64,000 nucleotides of DNA from Escherichia phage phiP4. The position numbers and the translations under genes are program-made. Positions 52,366 to 60,055 of the stretch are shown piece after piece. The stretch is from sequence record PP993145.1, one strand, 5' to 3'. How positions within the stretch are numbered: position 1 is the first letter of the stretch; each line of letters begins with the position of its first letter. Under the pieces are notes generated by a model that was given only the letters and a program-made list of their open reading frames with translations, was not told the origin of the DNA and did not search any database.

Positions 52366-52560
52366 TTAATAGAGTTTAGTCACTTCATAAACTATACTAC
52401 GAGATTCTTTATTACGTTCTATTAAATTAGCGTATGCTTTTTCAGCTTCGTTTTTAGTATTAAAGTCTATAACGTGGGAGGTATTAGCTCTGTTTGATTG
52501 ACTATACCAGATAACTACTAGGAGTTTAAACATACTAGTCCTTAAATTGGTGCTGGGCAC
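52366..52560 (-). CDS. hypothetical protein, 64 aa
   Basis: ORF; 3' end overlaps tRNA by a few nt. Confidence 0.3.
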   Translation of the reverse strand: MPSTNLRTSMFKLLVVIWYSQSNRANTSHVIDFNTKNEAEKAYANLIERNKESRSIVYEVTKLY

Positions 52561-52634
52561 AGGATTCGAACCTGCAGTGGGATTACTCCTCCTGATTACA
52601 AATCAGGTGCATTCAACCATTCTGCCAACCCAGC
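52548..52634 (-). tRNA. tRNA-Thr-like (anticodon TGT), 87 nt with 15-nt variable arm
   Basis: Acceptor GCTGGGT/GCCCAGC, A73, stem CCTGA/TCAGG loop TTTGTAA, GGA-GTAA-TCC hairpin in variable region. Confidence 0.5.
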
Positions 52635-52799
52635 AGAACCCGTTATTTCAACGGGATTTCTTTTTCAATAACAGGAGACTTATCAGTCATAACTGTCATT
52701 GCCATTTGTTGTAGAAATTCAAAGGTGAAGGCTACACGTTCTTCACCAATCTCTACTTCTACACGTTTCTTTTGTTTATCGATCTTGACTTTTAGGTTA

Positions 52800-53021
52800 T
52801 CAGCCATCTTCGGGTTCTCGTTGCTGTGCTACTTCTAGCCAGTCTGGTAGAAGAAACTTTGTACGAAATTCTTCGTAAGTTTCTTTGGGATAAAAGCTAA
52901 AACCTCCTTTCTCATCATTCAGGATAACAGAGCCGTCCGTTTGTTCGTATGCTCGGTATGTTTCTCCAATAACAATAACTCGTTTATCGGTACTTTTATT
53001 ACGAAACTCAAAAACGTGCAT
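52800..53021 (-). CDS. hypothetical protein, 73 aa
   Basis: ORF. Confidence 0.35.
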   Translation of the reverse strand: MHVFEFRNKSTDKRVIVIGETYRAYEQTDGSVILNDEKGGFSFYPKETYEEFRTKFLLPDWLEVAQQREPEDG

Positions 53022-53037
53022 AACGTTTCCTTAAAGT

Positions 53038-53113
53038 TGGAGCGGCTAGAGGGAATCGAACCCTACTCAGCGAGGCTTGGAAGGCCTGCGACACAACCCG
53101 TGTGCTTAACCGC
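53038..53113 (-). tRNA. tRNA-Gly (anticodon TCC)
   Basis: 76 nt, T-loop TTCGATT, anticodon loop CTTCCAA, CCA encoded. Confidence 0.6.
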
Positions 53114-53121
53114 TTATTATT

Positions 53122-53197
53122 TGGCTGGAGAAGGAGGAATCGAACCTACCATTAACGGAGTCAAAGGCCGTTGTGCTAACCGTTACACTACTCTCCA
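53122..53197 (-). tRNA. tRNA-Gln (anticodon TTG)
   Basis: 76 nt, loop CTTTGAC, acceptor TGGAGAG/TTCTCCA. Confidence 0.65.
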
Positions 53198-53203
53198 ATT
53201 GTT

Positions 53204-53279
53204 TGGCTGGGATGCCACGGATCGAACGTGGAACCTTCGGAGTCAGAGGCCGACGATCTGCCAATTGATCTACATCCCA
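53204..53279 (-). tRNA. tRNA-Gln (anticodon CTG)
   Basis: 76 nt, loop CTCTGAC, acceptor TGGGATG/CATCCCA. Confidence 0.65.
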
Positions 53280-53288
53280 AGAATGCTA

Positions 53289-53525
53289 TTAGCTAGATGC
53301 TGTTTCTACTGGCTGAGAAACAGCAGGCTGTTCTAACGTATCTGGTGCTGATACAGAGAAAAGAGCTTGTAATGCTGCAATATCACGCTCGTAAGTATCA
53401 ATACGAGTAGTAAGAGTATCTACCATCTGTTTATGGTAGGATAAGTTATTCTGAGATTCATCTCGAAGAGTTTGCAGTTCTGCAAGACGTGTTAACATAA
53501 TTTCACTAATTAAAGCATTACTCAT
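53289..53525 (-). CDS. hypothetical coiled-coil protein, 78 aa
   Basis: ORF. Confidence 0.35.
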   Translation of the reverse strand: MSNALISEIMLTRLAELQTLRDESQNNLSYHKQMVDTLTTRIDTYERDIAALQALFSVSAPDTLEQPAVSQPVETASS

Positions 53526-53715
53526 TTGTTTCTCCTAAGTTTTCCTGTTCTTCTAAACGTTTGCCTTCATGATCTACTCGAATAACTCCGCATCCTTCGC
53601 AAATCACAACTGCACCATAACCTTCTTTGACCTCAGCTTCTGTAATCAAACCAGAAAGATCACCAGTATCTCTGCCCCACATATCAATGGAGCATTGTTT
53701 GCAGAAATCAGCCAT
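53518..53715 (-). CDS. hypothetical zinc-ribbon-like protein, 65 aa
   Basis: CxxC...CxxC pairs. Confidence 0.35.
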   Translation of the reverse strand: MADFCKQCSIDMWGRDTGDLSGLITEAEVKEGYGAVVICEGCGVIRVDHEGKRLEEQENLGETNE

Positions 53716-53740
53716 ATTTTATTTCCTATTTAAGTTAATT

Positions 53741-53817
53741 TGGGGTGGCTAGTGGAATTCGAATCCACATAGGCCTGATTCACAATCAGGATCATTAACC
53801 AATTATGATATAGCCAC
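53741..53817 (-). tRNA. tRNA-His (anticodon GTG)
   Basis: Stem CCTGA/TCAGG loop TTGTGAA, acceptor GTGGCTA/TAGCCAC, discriminator C. Confidence 0.75.
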
Positions 53818-54380
53818 AATTGAAAACTCGCAGGGTTAGCGAAACCTTCCTCAATTAGCATGTTCTAGAATACTAATCAAGTTATCTCCTATTGCACGCA
53901 GCTCAAGACGAGTACGAATTTTCAATTGTGGCGGCTCTCAGAAACTCTTCTACTCTAGCTTTAGCAGCTTACTCCCGAACGCATGTCGGGGAAGTCTTAC
54001 CAAGAGCATCAAATAGCACCGTTACACTTTGAGCCATAGATGTATCAAGAAGCAGAAGGATTTGAACCTTCACGAGATAGACCAGTTATCTCAGCCGCTT
54101 TATGAGGTATGTTGCAGGGAGTGGATGTTCCCTATAAACCTTTTAGGCAGCCCCGTCTACCGATTCCGGCATACTTCAAGAATTTTTTATAAACCAGCAG
54201 AAGCCTCATTTAAAGCATCAACAATAGCTTCACGTTGGGTCATTCCATACCCGGTGGAATCTAGGTGTGGCAAATAAGCCATCCATCCCTTATCTGTTTC
54301 ATGAAGACATGCTTTAAATTTTTTACCATCCTTCATTGTTACAGTAACTGTTTTGCTCATAAGATTTCCTTATAGTTAAT

Positions 54381-54470
54381 TGGCAGAAGATAATGGAGTC
54401 GAACCATCACCGTATCGCTACAGCGGGCTGGTTTTCAAGACCAGTTACGTACCACTACGTCCTATCTTCT
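54381..54470 (-). tRNA. tRNA-Ser (anticodon TGA), class II
   Basis: 90 nt, stem CTGGT/ACCAG loop CTTGAAA, long variable arm. Confidence 0.7.
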
Positions 54471-54483
54471 AGTATTTATTATA

Positions 54484-54831
54484 CTAATAGTCACTCGTAC
54501 TAGTGAAGTTTTCTACTTTTCCACAGATTTTACAAGTCCTACGATGATAGTAGGTAATTTTTACTTTAGACCAGCCATCGTGATCATTACCTAGGTTTTC
54601 TGTTACTCCCCAAGTATGAGAACACTCATTTTCAATTTGCTTAGTAAGAGCGTTATAGCGAGTATAAAACTCCTCCTGAGCAATAGCAAATTCTTTCTGT
54701 AGTTTATCACGAGCAATAATAGCACGTTCCAGATATGTTAAATCAGGCATTCCAGCTTTTTCAGCAACATCTATAATCTTATCTTCATCTAAAGATGCTA
54801 AAAACTCTAGAGCTTTATCTTTTGTTAGCAT
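54484..54831 (-). CDS. hypothetical protein with C-terminal CxxC pair, 115 aa
   Basis: ORF. Confidence 0.4.
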   Translation of the reverse strand: MLTKDKALEFLASLDEDKIIDVAEKAGMPDLTYLERAIIARDKLQKEFAIAQEEFYTRYNALTKQIENECSHTWGVTENLGNDHDGWSKVKITYYHRRTCKICGKVENFTSTSDY

Positions 54832-54850
54832 TATTATTACCTCAAGTGTT

Positions 54851-54941
54851 TGGCGGAAGAGGAGAGATTTGAACTCTCAAGCCGTTTTACCAGTCAGCCA
54901 CTTTCCAAGCGGTTTTCGTCACCAATTCGATTTGCTCTTCC
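54851..54941 (-). tRNA. tRNA-Ser (anticodon GGA), class II
   Basis: 91 nt, T-arm GAGAG-TTCAAAT-CTCTC, loop TTGGAAA. Confidence 0.6.
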
Positions 54942-55043
54942 AATAATAAGATGATGCCTCTATCACACCAGGCAGTTACGCCTCGCTGGGATTCGAACCC
55001 ATTAAAACAGCTCAACCGAGATAGTAGGTTTAATTTACTCTGA

Positions 55044-55120
55044 CCATCAAATTTGGTGCGTGACAAGGGATTCGAACCCTCAAAACCCGACTTCTAAGGA
55101 CGGTATGTATGCCAATTCCA
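55044..55120 (-). tRNA. tRNA with anticodon TAG (Leu codon CUA) but class I short variable loop
   Basis: 77 nt, acceptor GCGTGAT/GTCACGC, A73, loop CTTAGAA, 5-nt variable GTTTT; covaries with tRNA at 59288. Confidence 0.55.
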
Positions 55121-55135
55121 TCAATCACGCATATT

Positions 55136-55214
55136 TGGTGGAGAATAACGGAATCGAACCGTTCTGATGTCCTCGGTGCAAGCGAGGTGTCCACTCCATG
55201 CAGACCCATTCCCC
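55136..55214 (-). tRNA. tRNA-Ala (anticodon TGC) with G3:U70
   Basis: Stem CCTCG/CGAGG loop CTTGCAC; G3-U70 wobble in acceptor. Confidence 0.75.
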
Positions 55215-55229
55215 AAATTCTTTAGTTTA

Positions 55230-55411
55230 CTAAGGCTATTAGCTCGGCGTAACTACAGCACCTTCGCTTCGAGCGGAAGGAACTGCGTCATCTCGCAAAC
55301 CCAATACACTATTCAGTTGCCGCTGAATCTAGTGGACCAATCTAGAACTTCTCCCGAATCAGGGGGATCGTGCTTTTTGGCAGCCAGTCCTAGGTCGAGC
55401 TAATACCTTAG
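55230..55411 (-). ncRNA. candidate structured small RNA closed by a 16-bp terminal helix
   Basis: 55230-55246 pairs with 55396-55411 (one bulge); internal hairpins; promoter at 55453-55481 on same strand; no credible ORF. Confidence 0.4.
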
Positions 55412-55452
55412 TGAACTATGATGAGGATTTCTCCTCATCAATTTATATAAAT

Positions 55453-55481
55453 ATTATAACAAGAAATTAAGCATCAAGCAA
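55453..55481 (-). promoter_or_regulatory. sigma70 early promoter (TTGCTT-17-TATAAT) upstream of ncRNA candidate
   Basis: Hexamers read on minus strand. Confidence 0.55.
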
Positions 55482-55500
55482 CTGCGTTTTTTCTTGAAAT

Positions 55501-55579
55501 TGGTAGATCGCCTGGGACTCGAACCCAGAACCTTCCGATTAAAAGTCGGATGCTACTAAACCTATTGAGCTAGCGATCT
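55501..55579 (-). tRNA. tRNA-Lys (anticodon TTT)
   Basis: Stem TCCGA/TCGGA loop CTTTTAA, acceptor AGATCGC/GCGATCT. Confidence 0.7.
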
Positions 55580-55768
55580 ATTAGTAACCATTATACACTT
55601 CTTTAATAGAGTGGACTTTTAAGTAAGGGTGATTAGTACTAAACTCTACCATTACTTCATCCCAATTTTTACCATAATGAGCAAGTAAGGATTTTGATGT
55701 ATTCTTACCTAATCGTTTATCACTTACTACTAATCGAAATACTTTCATTTCGAAATCCTCTATTAAAA

Positions 55769-55846
55769 TGGAAGCGGGTGCAGGAATCGAACCTACCTCT
55801 TTCTAGCTTATGAGACTAGCGATCTCTACCAGAGATCTAACCCGCG
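55769..55846 (-). tRNA. tRNA-Met (anticodon CAT), C1-U72 mismatch
   Basis: Loop CTCATAA, acceptor CGCGGGT/ACCCGCT with unpaired 1-72. Confidence 0.6.
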
Positions 55847-55852
55847 ATTATT

Positions 55853-55928
55853 TGGTCAGTGCGGCAGGACTCGAACCTGCGACCCGAAGCATCCAAGGCT
55901 CCCACGCTACCAACTGCGCTACGCACTG
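55853..55928 (-). tRNA. tRNA-Pro (anticodon TGG)
   Basis: 76 nt, loop CTTGGAT, acceptor CAGTGCG/CGCACTG. Confidence 0.7.
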
Positions 55929-55959
55929 TTAATTTTTGTTAACTCACTTTATAAGATAT

Positions 55960-55988
55960 ATTATACAGAGAATTAAGCAGAATAGCAA
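55960..55988 (-). promoter_or_regulatory. sigma70 promoter (TTGCTA-17-TATAAT) driving tRNA-Pro/Met unit
   Basis: Hexamers read on minus strand immediately upstream of tRNA-Pro. Confidence 0.55.
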
Positions 55989-56380
55989 ATGAATTTTTAA
56001 TAAATTTACTTATTGTGTAGGCCACCTAGAGGCTATGAACCCCACGGCTGACAAAGAAGTTTGCGAGACTTCTCTTAAATGCCAGAATAGACCCGCCGAT
56101 CTATCGGAACCTACATAATAAGTAAACTTTATAGTGTCATTCTAGACAGGACTCGAACCTGTTATCACTTGTGCGGACTTACGAGAACCATTCTTTCACT
56201 CGAATCGAACGAGCTTCTGCCCTCGCCAAGCTGGTTTCCCCATCAACCACGCTAGAATGTTTGATTGTTTTCAGTGCAAGAGTCCGAGTCTTGGACACGA
56301 CCGCTTCGCAAGTACATAGGCAGCTTATCATGAGTCAGCACTTCCGAATTGCTAGCTCCGTGTTCTGCACTGAAATTTTA

Positions 56381-56728
56381 TTAGTTTAACCGTAAAGTAT
56401 TATCTACTTCACCATTAATTGTTCGGCATTCTTCTGGGATTGCCGGGGTAGCCTTATATTCCCACCACTCAGCACCATCATATTCCCCACGTTCTAACCA
56501 AGTTCCATCGGCAAACCATACATTACCATAAAGTAATTGTCCACCGTATCCAGAATCATATTCAAAGTCTAGGTTATTAAGAAAATCCTCAATATCTTCT
56601 TCTGTATAACCTAAAGGTAATACCCAAACTTTTTTATCCCCATAATACCCGAATTCTATTTTAATACACTTAACTTCAGAATTAGTATTTTTTAAGGCAA
56701 GTAACAACTCTTCTTTAGCATTACGCAT
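56381..56728 (-). CDS. hypothetical protein, 115 aa
   Basis: ORF. Confidence 0.4.
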   Translation of the reverse strand: MRNAKEELLLALKNTNSEVKCIKIEFGYYGDKKVWVLPLGYTEEDIEDFLNNLDFEYDSGYGGQLLYGNVWFADGTWLERGEYDGAEWWEYKATPAIPEECRTINGEVDNTLRLN

Positions 56729-56753
56729 AATATATTCTCATACTGAATTAATT

Positions 56754-56830
56754 TGGCGCGACCGATGGGATTCGAACCCACATTCTCTCCCGTGACAGGG
56801 GAGTACCATTACCAAGCCAGCCCCGGTCGC
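56754..56830 (-). tRNA. tRNA-Asp (anticodon GTC)
   Basis: Stem CTCCC/GGGAG loop CTGTCAC, acceptor GCGACCG/CGGTCGC. Confidence 0.75.
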
Positions 56831-56839
56831 ATGATCTGT

Positions 56840-57025
56840 TTATTCAGCTTTGAGTTTTTCAATAGCTGCATTAAGTTCTTTAAGAAACTCTTTTCGTACA
56901 TTAAGACGATTGAGACTTACTAGTATATCATGTTTAAGTTCTTCGATGTATTTCTTCTCAACTTCAATATTGTTGATAGTGCTATCACGATGAACTTCTA
57001 ACTGTGCAATTACATTCTTGGACAT
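56840..57025 (-). CDS. hypothetical coiled-coil protein, 61 aa
   Basis: ORF. Confidence 0.3.
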   Translation of the reverse strand: MSKNVIAQLEVHRDSTINNIEVEKKYIEELKHDILVSLNRLNVRKEFLKELNAAIEKLKAE

Positions 57026-57126
57026 GCTTATTTCCTCAGTTATTAATGAAAATGGTATCTGTGGCTGAATTCGATGTCAGCAATGATAGCTGGTTGGCTA
57101 CCGGTTTACTTAACTCTACACAGAAT

Positions 57127-57209
57127 TTGGCGGGCCGTGTAGGATTCGAACCTACGTTGTCTTTCGACATGGATTAACAGTCCACCGCCAAACCGCTTGG
57201 CTAACGACC
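57127..57209 (-). tRNA. tRNA-Asn-like (anticodon GTT), 83 nt with 13-nt GNRA-capped variable arm
   Basis: Anticodon arm GGACTGTTAATCC as in E. coli tRNA-Asn, G73, Ser/Tyr-like D-arm AGCCAAGCGGTTTGGC, variable GTC-GAAA-GAC. Confidence 0.5.
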
Positions 57210-57362
57210 CTAAATTTATATTGCTGACTAGGATTTTCACCTAGACGGAGTTAGCACCGTAGCGTGTAGCGGCATACCTCTCCAAACCGTGCCTCATCTT
57301 TCAATTACGGAGACAGTGTTCCTACGCGTGCCTGAATTGATTTAACAATTCTTTCAGCAAAT

Positions 57363-57438
57363 TGGACGACCGCATGAGATTTGAACTCACATAAAAAGGA
57401 TTTGCAATCCTTCGCCTAAGCCATTCAGCCAACGGTCG
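57363..57438 (-). tRNA. tRNA-Cys (anticodon GCA)
   Basis: Stem AAGGA/TCCTT loop TTGCAAA. Confidence 0.7.
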
Positions 57439-57505
57439 ATTTATTATCTTTCATAACGTGCAGCTACATGGTCGGAACCACAACACTTAAATCTAACTAA
57501 TCGTT

Positions 57506-57748
57506 TCATTTAACACGCTCCGGTAGATCTTCTAGTTTATATTCAGTAGCCACATTAGCAGCATCTAAAAGTAATCCCATGTGTTTAAGGATTTTAGTGA
57601 TAGATTCGCCTTTGGCTTCTTCTACGAAAGAACGTAGATGAACAAAGTCAATTCCACCGTCCATACCAGAGAAAATATTTAGTAAGCGAAGCATTACCAG
57701 CTTACGTTCATTCAATTCTTGTTCTGTCATGTTGCTTCTCCAGTTCAA
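57506..57748 (-). CDS. hypothetical protein, 80 aa
   Basis: ORF behind promoter 57760-57788. Confidence 0.4.
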   Translation of the reverse strand: MNWRSNMTEQELNERKLVMLRLLNIFSGMDGGIDFVHLRSFVEEAKGESITKILKHMGLLLDAANVATEYKLEDLPERVK

Positions 57749-57759
57749 TTTATATAATT

Positions 57760-57788
57760 ATTATACAGAACTTTTGGAAACTAAGCAA
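57760..57788 (-). promoter_or_regulatory. sigma70 early promoter (TTGCTT-17-TATAAT)
   Basis: Hexamers read on minus strand. Confidence 0.55.
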
Positions 57789-58068
57789 CTACATTTTTTA
57801 AGAATTTGATGCCTTTCTTTTTCTTCTTATATTTCCACGTTAAGGGATTCTGTCGATTATGAACGCTTGAGATCTTCGTCTCGTCAAAGTTCTTCAATAT
57901 CATGTAATCACAAGATAATTGTTCTAGTGGAATGTGATCACCGTCAAAAGCGTATACATAAGGCTGTTGACTAGCACGATAATGATAGACTTTGTTAATT
58001 CTACGTTTCAGCGACTTATCCGCGCAGTAAATAAAGAAGTTTTCAGGATGCATCAGCAGCTCCTTCAA
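57781..58068 (-). CDS. hypothetical protein, 95 aa
   Basis: ORF. Confidence 0.35.
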   Translation of the reverse strand: MKELLMHPENFFIYCADKSLKRRINKVYHYRASQQPYVYAFDGDHIPLEQLSCDYMILKNFDETKISSVHNRQNPLTWKYKKKKKGIKFLKNVVA

Positions 58069-58135
58069 TTTGGTGCACCCTGTTCGTATCGAACGAACCT
58101 CTCAAGCTCTTCAGGCAAGCGCTAATCCATCTCAG
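58061..58135 (-). tRNA. tRNA-Phe (anticodon GAA), U-U mismatches in anticodon stem
   Basis: 75 nt, D-stem GCTG/TAGC, loop CTGAAGA. Confidence 0.5.
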
Positions 58136-58142
58136 CTAAAGG

Positions 58143-58219
58143 TGCAAATTTTTGGCAAACCTACTAGGACTCGAACCTAGACCGTACGGTTTTGGAGACC
58201 GACATGCTGTCCAGTAACA
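58143..58219 (-). tRNA. tRNA-Trp (anticodon CCA), two U-U mismatches in acceptor stem
   Basis: Loop CTCCAAA as in E. coli tRNA-Trp; T-arm CTAGG-TTCGAGT-CCTAG. Confidence 0.5.
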
Positions 58220-58227
58220 CTCTAGGA

Positions 58228-58304
58228 ATGCAGGAATTGGCGTCCTGTGAGGGGATCGAACCCGCAAATCCTACCTTGAAAGGGTAGTGACTTTACCAGT
58301 TTGT
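58228..58304 (-). tRNA. tRNA-Glu (anticodon TTC)
   Basis: Stem CTACC/GGTAG loop CTTTCAA, acceptor GTCCTGT/ACAGGAC. Confidence 0.7.
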
Positions 58305-58310
58305 CTAACA

Positions 58311-58398
58311 GGACTTAAATTGGTGGGGAAAGATGGAGTCGAACCACCCGAGTCGCAATGACAACTGATTTACAGTCAGCTCTGCTACCACTTACAGA
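58311..58398 (-). tRNA. tRNA-Tyr (anticodon GTA), class II
   Basis: 88 nt, loop CTGTAAA, long variable arm, acceptor GGGGAAA/TTTCCCC. Confidence 0.7.
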
Positions 58399-58539
58399 AT
58401 ATTTCCCCATATTTAGAAGTATTCAAAAAATTCTCATTTAAACACTTTTAAATATGTTTCCAAATTAGATAAATATTATATCAAGTTTTATAGCACTGAG
58501 CAAGTCAAATTTTAAAGAACTTGCTCAGTGCTGTATTAG

Positions 58540-58815
58540 TTAGTCGAACTTAGGAGTGACAGTTAAGGAGAATGGAAGTTCGAAAACTTCTTCACCCTCA
58601 TCACTAACAGTAATTACACGACCTTTAAGTTCAGACATTGAAATATCAATATCAGCTTTTGCATCTGGAGCCATGCCAGCTTCAACACATTTAGCTTTAA
58701 TTTCCGGTAGAAGTTCTACATCGTAGAAATAAAGCCATTCAATCTCACCTTCCCAGCCTTCCCAGGATTTACAGATTGCACTTTCAATACCAGCTGCTAT
58801 AACACGATTTTGCAT
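58540..58815 (-). CDS. hypothetical acidic protein, 91 aa
   Basis: ORF behind promoter 58845-58874. Confidence 0.4.
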   Translation of the reverse strand: MQNRVIAAGIESAICKSWEGWEGEIEWLYFYDVELLPEIKAKCVEAGMAPDAKADIDISMSELKGRVITVSDEGEEVFELPFSLTVTPKFD

Positions 58816-58844
58816 TCGTTAACTCCTCCATCAATTTATATAAC

Positions 58845-58874
58845 TATTATACCAGAAATTTAAAGCAAAAGGCA
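58845..58874 (-). promoter_or_regulatory. sigma70 early promoter (TTGCCT-18-TATAAT)
   Basis: Hexamers read on minus strand. Confidence 0.45.
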
Positions 58875-58905
58875 AGTACATTTTTAAAAATTCTGTTTGG
58901 AAGAG

Positions 58906-59112
58906 CTAAACTCCAGACTCTTCAGCCAAGTCTAGACTAATAAGAGATATAGCCATAATTGCTGCTCCATGTTCTTTTTCTCCAGTTTCTTTAGCTAGAG
59001 TTATAATATCAAGAAATTGCTTATGAAAATCTGCAACCTCTTGAGTTAAACCCGCCTCAGCAATCATACCTTTAAGCATGAAACGTTGTGCGGTAATTTC
59101 AGGATTAGCCAT
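58906..59112 (-). CDS. hypothetical protein, 68 aa
   Basis: ORF. Confidence 0.35.
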   Translation of the reverse strand: MANPEITAQRFMLKGMIAEAGLTQEVADFHKQFLDIITLAKETGEKEHGAAIMAISLISLDLAEESGV

Positions 59113-59287
59113 GTTGTTTCTCCAGTTTCATCTTTAATAGTCTACAAATAAAATCAATGTCTTCATCCGTGCCTAGATCTCTATCTTCAAGAGTTGCCTT
59201 GAAGTTTTTAGTCAATTCCATGAGAATAACTTCTCTAGAACGACGTGTTGGCGGAGGTGGATGTCTATACATCTTATTTCCTTAATT

Positions 59288-59364
59288 TGGTAGGGGTGGT
59301 GGGATTCGAACCCACAAAACCTGAATTTTAAGTCCAGTACCTATGCCAATTCGATTACACCCCC
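59288..59364 (-). tRNA. tRNA with anticodon TAA (Leu codon UUA/UUG) but class I short variable loop
   Basis: 77 nt, loop CTTAAAA, A73, variable GTTTT; compensatory changes vs tRNA at 55044 support the fold. Confidence 0.55.
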
Positions 59365-59465
59365 ATGTAATCAGTTTATTAGTTGATACATATTATAGCC
59401 TAGTGAAAATCCTACTACTAATCCCACAAACCAACCAATATAATAATCTTTTAGTTTCACAGGTA

Positions 59466-59651
59466 TTATCCTCGTTCAATATCTAGGGAAATACCGCAGT
59501 TAGGATTAATACCTGTACCATTGCAATTTGCGCAAACCCAGATATTGCAAAAAGTATCTCCTGCTTCTGCATCAGAACTTTCACCAATTCCCCTACACTC
59601 AGGGCAGGCACATTCCTCTAGCTCTTGCTTGAGTTCTTGAAACTTGGACAT
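59466..59651 (-). CDS. zinc-ribbon protein, 61 aa
   Basis: CPEC...CANC Cys pairs. Confidence 0.4.
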   Translation of the reverse strand: MSKFQELKQELEECACPECRGIGESSDAEAGDTFCNIWVCANCNGTGINPNCGISLDIERG

Positions 59652-59659
59652 ATAGTCTC

Positions 59660-59848
59660 CTAGTTAATTACTTTTGAGGCTTCTAAAGCATTGACGTAGT
59701 AAACATCTTCTACATTATACATATAGTCTACTACTTTGTCCATAGCATGGAGTTCAGATGTAGCCTTTACTAGTCTGTACCCTTGCTTAAACTCGTCCGA
59801 ATGTTCTCTATCTTGTGCAAATTTAACAGAAACTATGAATAATTCCAT
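59660..59848 (-). CDS. hypothetical protein, 62 aa
   Basis: ORF. Confidence 0.35.
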   Translation of the reverse strand: MELFIVSVKFAQDREHSDEFKQGYRLVKATSELHAMDKVVDYMYNVEDVYYVNALEASKVIN

Positions 59849-59867
59849 TAGTTGTCCTTATTTAATT

Positions 59868-59945
59868 TGGTGGCTCCCCGAGGATTCGAACCTACGTACC
59901 TTCCGGTTATGAGCCGGGTGCTCATACCATATGAGCTTGAGAACC
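59868..59945 (-). tRNA. tRNA-Met (anticodon CAT), initiator-like anticodon arm
   Basis: CCCGG-CTCATAA-CCGGAAGG resembles E. coli tRNA-fMet. Confidence 0.6.
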
Positions 59946-59951
59946 AAAATC

Positions 59952-60040
59952 TGGCGGAAGAAGTGGGAATCGAACCCACAAGGCTATATTTCAAGCCGAC
60001 AGATTAGCAATCTGCTGCAATACCGTTATGCTATTCTTCC
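59952..60040 (-). tRNA. tRNA-Ser (anticodon GCT), class II
   Basis: 89 nt, loop TTGCTAA, variable arm GGCT...AGCC. Confidence 0.65.
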
Positions 60041-60055
60041 GAATTTATAAGATAT

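Noticed and set aside
54029-54277. 82-aa plus-strand ORF (and 56171-56389, 72 aa)
   Set aside because: Opposite strand within tRNA cluster, no RBS or promoter, overlapping tRNA-like sequence
55167-55403. 78-aa plus-strand ORF
   Set aside because: Antisense to the tRNA operons, no RBS, overlaps the structured-RNA candidate; likely non-coding
57050-57125. Possible tRNA (gaattcgat T-loop-like motif)
   Set aside because: No consistent T-stem or acceptor pairing could be folded
55044-59364. Nonsense-suppressor tRNAs (anticodons TAG/TAA)
   Set aside because: Anticodons 5'-UAG-3' and 5'-UAA-3' read CUA and UUA (Leu) codons, not stop codons; suppressors would need CUA/UUA/UCA
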